From Phoronis australis (Eukaryota > Animalia > Phoronida): a stretch of 64,000 nucleotides of DNA. This document shows, one piece after another, positions 54,601 through 64,000 of this stretch. The stretch's first letter is position 1; the number at the start of each line of letters is the position of its first letter. The stretch spans positions 124,001 to 188,000 of the forward strand of contig NMRA01000142.1 of the NCBI GenBank assembly GCA_002633005.1. Direction: 5' to 3'. A program made the position numbers and the translations under genes. The notes below the pieces were generated by a model. It worked only from the letters and a program-made list of their open reading frames with translations, was not told where the DNA came from and did not search any database.

Positions 54601-57600
54601 TGACAACTTCCATTTTGATTCCACTTCTGGTACTGTCGTTTGAAAAACAGCTCAATCAGAACAAATGGATCTGAATCGATATTATCCAGATCAATGACAT
54701 TATCTAAACAGGGTCAGAGTTCGACATTTACAGCGCATTTTAGTAACCACTTCCATTTTGACTCCACTTCTGATATATAGTCATCTTAAAAAGACAGCCG
54801 AACCAGAACAAATTGATCTGAATCGATATAATCCAGACCAGTGACCTCATCTAAATGGGGTCAGACTTCAACTTCAAAAGCCAGACCGCACTACACACCT
54901 CCTGGTGGCCAGTGGACTATCTGTATTTTTGTTAGTATCCATCTGCCACTCGTCACTCAACCTGACGGTGAGTGAGCTGATACGTGTCATCAAGATGCTC
55001 GACCCCATGTAGTCGACACGTGACTCCAGTGCGAACAGTTTGACACCAACAACATGCTCAGGATCCTGGGAAGGGTGCTCGTTGACGTTTACTGAAACAG
55101 AGACAGGATGTAGCAGTAACGTTCTCACTGAACTCTGTCTGGTGGATATTACAAGTCTGGAGTAAAATGCAAAGGACAGTCTACTTAACTATTAGAAACT
55201 GACTTGCGTGCATTTGATTAGTACGGTGCATTTCCATAACATAGGTTTAACATAAGATTTTCAATACAATAATAAAGAACTTACAAAACTGATAAATGAA
55301 TGGGTCATAATACCTTCACAAGATCACAGTTGGGCCAAGCTGACACAGATTCCCTATGCCCAAAAGTATACTGACAGCATTACACGCCCGTACAAATGAG
55401 TCAAGTCTCTTAAGATCATTGATAATACCTGAGAATGTCTGGTACACCGTGTAATAGACCGCCGACAATTATTTTTTTAACATAACTACAACACACAGTA
55501 ACTTGAAAACGCAAAGAAGTCAAAAGTTGAAGTGGGAGAGAGGGAACAAACAAGGAAAATCTAATAGACAGCTATCAAGGTTGAATTTCCAACAAAATCT
55601 ATCTTTTTGTTGACAAGTATCATTTAACATGATATTCCTTCGGCAAACAAGGAAAAGACCTAAAACGCAGAGTCAGTAACTCAGCCTCAGTTATAGGGGG
55701 CCCAGAAACTTTGTGGCAACAACCACGCCCTCTGTCTCCAAGAACCCTCATCACTCCCTTCCACCACCCCTACTCACCGAATGTGTGCAGGTCTTGCACC
55801 TCTATACTCCCACCAACGATGCCCCCTCGTGCGTCCAGCAGAGAATTCCCCACGCCAGCACTCAGCTTCATGTTCTTATGACCAGCACTGTCAATGGACA
55901 ACCGTCCCTGAGACTTGATGTCTTTTGTTCTCCACCTAAAGTAGACATGGTGCATTTGGGCTGAATAATTCGAACATACACCTCTTGAACAAAGCAGCAC
56001 CTAATAATGGAGCATTCAGCTTTGTAGGCCACCAAGTATTGCTAACAGGTATGTTTCACGCGATATAATGGTCTTTGATGTCATCTGAGTGAGGCAGATA
56101 CAAAGTGATTTCATCATCGAAACTGTGATTGGATACTGCACACGTCTGCTCCTACTAAAAACGTCTCAAGCAGACGTCAAAGATTCAAGACAATCTGCAA
56201 CACACGTGAACCTGGCATATGAAGCCAAAAAACAGATGATAAAAATGGGACTTCCTTCTACTTTCACACAAATATCTGCGATACCAACAATAGCTCAGCT
56301 TAAGTACAACTAAACTATGAATTTGAATTATATACACATTGTACTATTTTCATCTGCTCATTTAGTTGGCTAAAAAACAAAATTCTATGCTTTTTACACT
56401 CACAAAATCAGTCTCATAATAGTCCTTCATAATATTCGTAACCATAGTTCAATTCATCCATTGCAATCACCAACAACTCAATAAAATGCTTCCAGAGTTT
56501 CTTGGAATTGGCCAGATCAAAAACTGTGAATTTGAAAATGGCGCATGAGCGCATTGACTGCGATTTGAGTTGGTAATGAAAATGTAATCCTATACAGAAA
56601 GGTGTACTATGAGCCAATTTCAAGAGAATATTAGAGCTCGTTCTATTTTCAGTTTTTAGCCAGCTAAAGGCAGCTTTAAAAGCTAAAGAGTCTTCGAGCA
56701 CACTTGCTTCTTTAACAAACACTACGTTAAAAGTTCAGAATGAATTTCTAATGTAAATTCCACCTGCATTAGCAACAAAAACCTGTCTTTCTTAAACCTT
56801 TAATATTAATTAATTCCCACACAAACAACTGACAAAACTGTTCTTTTTCAACTTTTAAAAATGCGCTACGGTAACCTCACATTATAGGAAGTGATGTTTT
56901 ACAGTGACCTAAGAGAAGACATTCAATTTACAAAATAATGTTCCAATTTTCCACCAAAGTGCGAGTTAAACAGATGGAATAATTATGGCACCCAACTGTA
57001 AAACCAACTAACGTTGTGCATCCCATAAAATTGTTGCTCAAAACTGTTTGACCCAACTTATGTAAGTTGTACTTCCCATACAATTATTACACTCAACTGT
57101 TTGACACAACTTACATTGTACTTCCCAAAGAATTAATTGCACTCAACTGTTCAACCCAACTTATGTTGTACACTTCACAGAATTATTGCACTCAAATGTT
57201 AGACAAATAAAACTTACGTTGTACTTCCCAAAGAATTAATTGCATTCAACTGTTCAACCCAACTTATGTTGTACACTTCACAGAATTATTGCATTCAACT
57301 GTTAGACAAACTTACGTTGTACTTCCCATAGAATTACTGCACTCGACTGTTTGACACAACTTACATTGTACTTCCCAAATAATTAATTGCACTCTTGCAC
57401 TCAACTGTTCAATCCAACTTATGTTGTACATCCCATAGAATTAATGCACTCAACTGTTAGACCCAACTTACATTTAACTTCCCAAAGAATTAATTGCACT
57501 CAACTGTTTGACCCAACTTATGTTGTACATCCCATAGAATTAATGCACTCAACTGTTAGACCCAATTTACATTGTACTTCCCAAAGAATTAATTGCACTC

Positions 57601-60600
57601 AACTGTTCAACCCAACTTATGTTGTACTTCCCATAGAATTACATTGCACTCAACTGTTAGATCCAACTTACGTTGTATTTCCCATAACGTTTCCCATATT
57701 CACGTTGACATCCAACGTTGACAAATTAACAGCAAACAAGACCAGAGTCTCCCAGACTGCTGCCTGCTTTGATGCACTCATTGGAGTCGAAGATGAGCCC
57801 GGGTCACCAGGGGGTGTTGACATCCGGAGATCGGGTAGGACTTGAGAATAAGGGCTTATGGCGGGTGTGGACATTCTGGTGATCCGAGGCAACTTGATTG
57901 GACTCAGCAGGGGAGAAGCTATGACGAGAGTAATAAAATTTCAATTTTGAGTGTCCTTAAAATGCACCTGCCATCTATTACAAATAACTTAGATAGCTCA
58001 CGTTTCCTCTGAACCTGTTCCTTATTCATATAAAGCAACTTAGTAACTCCTGCCAGTTTAAACACTTGTGATATTTTAAATGGAATATTTTCTTATCATA
58101 TAGATTGATGTCTTCATTTTTCAATGACTGTACATTAAAATGATCCAAGTACCAACCAGCAGACGTTAATCCCATCTACATGAATGACGAGTACGGTAAA
58201 ATCTTACCAGCTTTGGACAAAATATCGCCAAAATTGACCTTGTGACATTTTTGTGAATACCCCCATTCTTTCAAAGCACTGTTCAACGGTAGCTATGGTA
58301 TACGTGTGCTAGATAAAAATAATTGTCTCATCTCTTGTCCTAAACCGGTGAGATCCGAGTAAACTTTTAAAACTCTTGAACGTTGAATCCATTAAACTTA
58401 CTACGCTTCGGTGTCTTCTGCACCAGATCAAGACTCAACTTGACCTTTGACTTATCACCCGACGACATGCGACGATGGTGTGACCTAACTGGCTCCTTTC
58501 CCGTAGAGCCGGAGTGAGGGAGCGTGTGAGACTTTGCCTCTGGCGTTAATACTGACTTCCCATCTGTTGGCAGCGACTGATTGGTCAGACTAACATCGTC
58601 TTTAAACAATAAAAGAATATCACAAAGTAGTAAATGTGAATACTTTTCCCATGGTGAACTCTCGCCAATTTTTGTCCAAAAATTCCCTTTTCTCATTTTT
58701 CGAGGGCTTCTAGCGATGCTGCAAATGCCCACCACTGTTCAAAAGTTTGATCAATAATAACTGAGGAGCATATCTTGAACACGGGACATCATTTAATTTT
58801 GTGGTAAATGTATCATTGAAAAAATGATAAAATAAATAAATATAATTTCACTTGTCCTGCAGCCATATTGTATCATAAGTAGCTAAGATTTCATCATATC
58901 CATAATTAACATAATAATTAGTGCATTCAAATAATGAATTAATTTGACAACGTAGTGAGCTGCTTCTGTCTCAAAAAGGNCATTTTGTAATGACTGTACA
59001 TTAAAATGATCCAAGTACCAACCAACAGACATAAATCCCATCTAGATGAATGACGAGTACGGTAAAATATTACCAGCTTTGGACAAAAAATTGCCAAAAT
59101 TGACCTTGTGACATTTTTGTGAATGCCCCCATTTTGTCAAATCACTGTTTGACGGTAGCTATGGTATACGTGTGCTAGATGCATTTCATGTAAAAATAAA
59201 TATTAGTAAAATTTCAATTGTCTCATCTCTTGTCCTAAACCGGTGAGATCCGAGTAAACTTTTAAAACTCTTGAACGTTGAATCCATTAAACTTACTACG
59301 CTTCGGTGTCTTCTGCACCAGATCAAGACTCAACCTGACCTTTGACTTATCACCCGACGACATGCGACGATGGTGTGACCTAACTGGCTCCTTTCCCGTA
59401 GAGCCGGAGTGGGGGAGCGTGTGAGACTTTGCCTCTGGCGTTAATACTGACTTCCCATCTGTTGGCAGCGACTGATTGGTCAGACTAACATCGTCTTTAA
59501 ACAATAAAAGAATATCACAAAGTAGTAAATGTGAATACTTTTCCCATGGTGAACTCTCGCCAATTTTTGTCCAAAAATTCCCTTTTCTCATTTTTCGAGG
59601 GCTTCTAGCGATGCTGCAAATGCCCACCACTGTTCAAAAGTTTGATCAATAATAACTGAGGAGCATATCTTGAACACGGGACATCATTTAATTTTGTGGT
59701 AAATGTATCATTGAAAAAATGATAAAATAAATAAATATAATTTCACTTGTCCTGCAGCCATATTGTATCATAAGTAGCTAAGATTTCATCATATCCATAA
59801 TTAACATAATAATTAGTGCATTCAAATAATGAATTAATTTGACAACGTAGTGAGCTGCTTCTGTCTCAAAAAGGAATTTCAATCTGTTCCAGTACCCTAT
59901 CAAGTGTGACTATAGCTTATGGAAATTTGACAAAATTAGGCAAAAATTGATCATTAGGATACAAAATTATTATAATATTAAGTTATTTGTGATGGGATAT
60001 TCCCTCATTACTGGCATGTGGGTCTTGAATGCCTAAGCTCAGTTCAAGCAGGGAATATTTCATGCACTCCACGATAACTCGGACAAATTGTGTAAGAGTT
60101 GAATCACAGCCAGGGATAATCCTGTCATTTCATTGACACCAGAGCATTGGAAATCCTTTAAAAGTTGAGGACCGTGTTTTTTGCATCCAAACACAATAAA
60201 ATTGAGACACGAGCACAGTCCAATGTACTTTTCAGTAACCAACAAAGATAATAAAAACACAAAGAAAGGAATTTTTAGTCTCTAAATGAGCCGGTCAAAG
60301 TAAAAGAACCAAATGAATGAATCTAAAACAATTTAATTCAACACTCGGTCTTTAAATGACCACAATAAAAACTGATACACAGTAACAACAAGGTACAAGC
60401 GACTGTTCTAACTACTAATGAACACCGATTCACTAAAAATCCTTCAAATCTCAACTAACTAAAATCCTCCTTACCTAACAAATAATAACTTTCATCGCCA
60501 AGGAACAGTCTTCTGGCGAGTGACTTGCGGTACCAGGCTTTAGGCAATGACAGGATTTCAGCCAATCTCCTCATGTCATACTTGAAAGTAGCTGAGCCAA

Positions 60601-63600
60601 TATCACAGATGGCTACAAAAAATAAAATGATACAAGTCATTTTACTAACACTCGTACAATTTATTAGACAGCAAAACGCGTTAATTAGATATAGAATTAT
60701 ACTTAACATACAGAGTATACAGAGTGTGGAAACATACCAACCTATTGCAGCTTTTGTGACGGCAGTAATATCTCGCCAATTTCCCTCCAGCTTTAGTCCA
60801 TGATATTATCTATTAATTTTAGCCAGTGTGTAAAGAGCAGATGATTGTGAACGTAGACAAAAGTCTGTTATGTCGCCGGCGCATTCAGCGATTGTTGCGG
60901 GGGCATTTATGTCAATGAACTGTTGTGTTGGCACATTCAAGTGTTCGACCTGGGTTGCGATAGTCGAGAGCCAGTCGTGACGTGGTGTAGACTTGCGTGT
61001 AAACTGCCTGGACACAATGGAACATTTGTGCCGATGACGGAGACTTGCAACTTTCAGCAGACAAAGTTGTGACCGTAGGATCGTGGTCGTCTGCTTGTGC
61101 GAAGGAACTGACCATAAGTGAACAGTGGACAAACTGTTTTAAATGATAAGCTGGACTCCGACTCCGTGTCATCAGATTGGGTGCCCATGAAGAGCAATCG
61201 ACCTTTGTATTCACAGGGCTTGGAATGACCCATGACAAAAAAGAGCAAATTTTTACCACCATAAATACACATTTCAATCTAAACCATACCTCAACAGATC
61301 GAAAGTTACTGTGTCGTGTTGGCAAAACGCACTCCTCTTAAGCAGTACCTGACATCTATTTCAGCAACAACAATGAAGGCAATTAGATGCAACAAAAATA
61401 TTTTTTAAAATTAAAATAATAAAGATAATGATAAAAAATTGCAGTATGAGTGGCAGGAGCTTATTCTTGATTTGCTGCACTGAGGGAGACCTATAAATTA
61501 TTTTCAATTCTTATAATTACGATACAAAATTACAAAATTGAAAATCAATCCATAGATTATCTAGAAAGCCTGAAATACATACACATTAATTCCAACAAAA
61601 AATTTTAATTCCAACGCAAATGGAAAAAAGTCAAGACGAAAACCTGTGGCTCATACCCCAACCGTTAGCATGGAAAAATGAAAGTCAAAAACAACAAACT
61701 TTTATAGAATGCATAAACCACAATCATAAGTTGGCCAAACTTTTCAGTTTCAAACAGTAATTACAGGAGTTAATTGTTTATAAGCCACGCTGGTGTAGAA
61801 GAAACTATGTGACATAAGAAATAACTATGAGGACACTGAAAATAGTCTGGCAGAATTTGTAAACAATGGCTTAGACCAATCAGATCATTCAGAATCTGTC
61901 ACATGATCACTTCTCTAAAGCTTCAAAACTCGAGTCACAAATTTAAATAGAACGCAAAAAATGTCAAAATAAATTTAAACACTTAAAAGGCAATTTAAAA
62001 CGCATTTGCAGTAACGAAAATAGCACTTTGTACCCTGTTTCAGTGGCATGCTGAAAATCGCACACAGGCAGTCAGGCCTTAGGGCTTAGCAGCCAACAGC
62101 AACGGGCATGCATGTGGGATCAAACAAAAGAATTTCATACATCACTCACATCCCACCATTCCAATCCAATGAATAACCGGTTACGGTTGAATTTCCTTTC
62201 AGGAAGCGTTGTTATTTATGTTTCATCGTTTTCAGTCGGTCCCAACTTAGTCCGAGGCGACTCGCCCACGCACTCCGTAATTGTTCCTCTCTCAAAATTT
62301 ACAGAGCACAAACCTTGACTTATGTTGTTTGTGAAGACATTGACCGTTTCTTTTATCCACTTTTCCACGAAATATTCGGTCCACTCCACGCTCCACGCAT
62401 TTTTGACCGCAGAGTTGCACTATTTGTCACCGCGATTTTATACCAAATGCAGACGCCATTGATGAACCACACTATCCCGTGCACAGGCGCTTGAATTTAT
62501 CTATTCCTCGATTGCCTCTGACGTCACTCACTACTAAGAAAGCATGTTTCTTGTATATGTTTACGAGTCATCAGGAAATTCGAGCGCCTGTGATCCGCAA
62601 TTACAATTTTCGTTCCTCCGAAACATAAAGAGCAGTTTCTGCTTTTCAAGCCGTCGACAACGCCGCGGTGAGAAACCAATTTGCCGTGATCATTTTATGG
62701 CAAATCCAATTTTTTCCACGGAAGTATAACGAAAATACGCGGAGGGAATAAAAGAAAAAAGCGTAAATCCGCGTTTCCGCAGAAAATTCCAAGCCTTGTA
62801 TTCAGTTTTATTAGTGAGTGTGTGTGAGTTAATGTTTAAAGCTTCAATTAAATATTGTTTCTTTTAACATGGTTCTCTTGAACTGTCTGGTTGAAGTCAC
62901 GTCATGACACAATGTTTTATTTACCGTGAAGTCTTCACTAATGCTGTAACTGATCTGCTCCTCACTAAATGATCTTAGATGCTCGTAGGTGATAAGCAGG
63001 CCTCTTGATGACACCGGGACTAGCACAAATCTAGTGACAAAGTACAACATGCTGAGACAGGGGCTGAGTTTCTAATCCTACAAACCTGAGAATCTGACCA
63101 TATTGGCAGCCTTTGAGGGCTCAGTCGACGTCTTGCCTGGGGCCACAGTCGGAGGGTCATTGGTGGTGTAACTGCGCCGTGTGCGAGAGATATTCACTTT
63201 GACAAACTCAACATTCAGACTCAACGAATCCTTTCGCCCACCATCTTGAAATAGGGAGTTGTTCGAGTCTGCACCTGAAAGGTTTTCCCACTACCTCAGC
63301 ACTATATAACAATGATGGTGTTTAACACACTATTCCATACTAAGACTAGTCTCAAGCAAAGAATTGCCACTAATCTTCAGCACCCAAAGCACAGTAATTC
63401 TACTACAGTCAACCAATGATTGGAGACTGCTTTTACTGTCACGGTAAGTGGTCTAAACCAGCTTTTTGTGAAAGAAAGTGATGCAAGTAATATTTAACGA
63501 ATAAGCTAAACACAAATCACTGATCCTCTTTCTCAAAGTCAACATTATGGCATGATTAAAGCCACTACAAAAATGTCTTCAATCAAAAATAACTTCTGAT

Positions 63601-64000
63601 ATAAACCAGTCATCAATGAGAAATTGGTCCCAAAATCGCTTGTTAGTAGTAAGGTATTGTGAATTATGTGATCGGAAACAACTGACTGTTCATTATTGCT
63701 CAAGACGAGGCTTTACAAGTTGACTAGCCATGGCGTATCATTTTATTCTCCGAGCATGGTCGCGAGACCAACGACAAGTTCTTCGAAAAACCAAAAAAAC
63801 ACTTCTCTCTGAGTAAGAAATAAGTTAAGACCAATTTTACGGCAGTAGGTGATCTAAAATTAAAAGTTTCTTCACTGCAAAATAAGTTTATAGCCACTTT
63901 AACTAGTCACCTGTGCTGGACGTGCTGTCATTGCGGGGGTAATTGGGTCCAACTGACATCCCAGAGGTCACTTTCTTAAGGTTAGCTCCGCCTCCTCCGT
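48649..64000 (-). CDS. BLTP1: Bridge-like lipid transfer protein 1 (KIAA1109/Tweek/LPD-3 ortholog), 3' end; exons >64000-63911, 63274-63086, 60612-60475, 59494-59297 (duplicate 58599-58402), 57918-57672, 55935-55778, 55091-54899, 54331-54141, 53679-53407, 53157-52972, 52117-51944, 50760-50632, 49946-49787, 48907-48649
   Basis: The spliced translation gives RKDSLSLNVEFVKV, CDIGSATFKYDMRRLAEIL..WYRKSLARRLFLGD, WETLVLFAVNL..NMGNVMGNTTW, RVDYMGSSILM, ISRSTTPDLIK, LACFHGINFRSK, SFVTEFEDHI, WYLEPTVRLISW, GVDYILQKLGF and TIPKWMQRGCMDPLDK, matching the KIAA1109 C-terminus. Exon phases are consistent through to TAA at 48651-48649. Confidence 0.95.
49083..49196 (-). mobile_element. tRNA-derived SINE 5' fragment in the last BLTP1 intron
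   Basis: The minus strand reads GGAGGCAGTGTGGCCTAATGG (A box) ... GGGTTCAAGTCCCACTGGGGCA (B box and T-arm) followed by a non-tRNA body. There is no intact acceptor stem. Confidence 0.65.
52315..52513. mobile_element. Fold-back MITE-like element
   Basis: ACATTTCTCAAACTCTCTGAA..CTTGTCACTG..ACACTGA vs reverse complement ACATTTCTCAAACTCTGTGAA..CTTGTCGCTG..ACACTGA, around a GAC/GAT-rich centre. Confidence 0.65.
53164..53264. repeat. Two-copy ~53-bp tandem duplication next to a BLTP1 splice acceptor
   Basis: TGAAAATGAAGGAACTAACACTGTGTGGTGAGAAGTTTGGTGAAACTCAA is repeated with a few mismatches. Confidence 0.75.
54603..54872. repeat. Two-copy ~143-bp tandem duplication
   Basis: ACTTCCATTTTGA(T/C)TCCACTTCTG ... 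GATCTGAATCGATA ... GGGTCAGA occurs twice. Confidence 0.8.
56990..57685. repeat. ~49-bp minisatellite (~13-14 units) overlapping a BLTP1 splice donor
   Basis: Unit ACTCAACTGTT(T/C/A)(G/A)ACCCAACTTA(T/C)(G/A)TTGTACTTCCCATAGAATTAATTGC. The last unit merges with the exon end at 57672. Confidence 0.92.
58115..59874. repeat. ~0.87-kb near-identical duplication (58115-58979 vs 58981-59874) joined by a single N; carries one BLTP1 exon twice
   Basis: ORFs 58367-58735 and 59262-59630 differ by one residue (K/R); the junction base 58980 is N. Confidence 0.93.
61214..62798 (-). mobile_element. CAGGGCTTGGAAT-ended family, copy 5 (longest, 1585 bp), with a decayed ORF start at 62459-62216
   Basis: TIR CAGGGCTTGGAAT / ATTCCAAGCCTTG and perfect 6-bp TSD TATTCA (61208-61213, 62799-62804). 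Internal homology to 26428-26526. Confidence 0.87.

Noticed and set aside
56990-57685. Regular repeats suggesting a CRISPR array, and the repetitive 152-aa ORF 57387-57845
   Set aside because: Units are contiguous with no unique spacers, there are no cas genes and the context is a eukaryotic intron. The ORF is a by-product of the minisatellite, antisense to BLTP1.
60806-61325. Overlapping minus-strand ORFs as extra BLTP1 exons
   Set aside because: Exons 63274-63086 and 60612-60475 join directly into the conserved ..RFSAICDIGSA.. sequence, and these ORFs show no resemblance to KIAA1109.

Overview
This is intron-rich, AT-rich animal genomic DNA. It looks like a marine invertebrate, possibly a deuterostome, but that is inference only. 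Four spliced genes can be reconstructed exon by exon. (1) The 5' six coding exons of lysosomal aspartylglucosaminidase AGA (- strand, 1729-9047, continues off the left edge). (2) A complete 13-coding-exon SLC18B1/VPAT-like MFS transporter (+, 14500-26124, 536 aa), head-to-head with AGA. (3) A diverged tandem SLC18B1 paralog (+, 32239-39969) with no recognisable last exon. (4) The 3' end of BLTP1/KIAA1109 (-, 48649 to >64000). Two near-identical duplications flank assembly gaps (N-run 41598-42480; single N at 58980) and are most likely uncollapsed haplotypes. Non-coding DNA holds many non-autonomous DNA transposons, a tRNA-derived SINE and tandem repeats. The best leads are: a five-copy CAGGG-ended transposon family with 6-bp target duplications and a decayed ORF start; a minisatellite built from a BLTP1 splice donor; charge changes and apparent C-terminal truncation in the SLC18B1 paralog; and a CpG-rich domain restricted to that paralog. 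I see no CRISPR, rRNA, intact transposase or other clearly new multi-gene system. Most ORFs in the supplied track are spurious.
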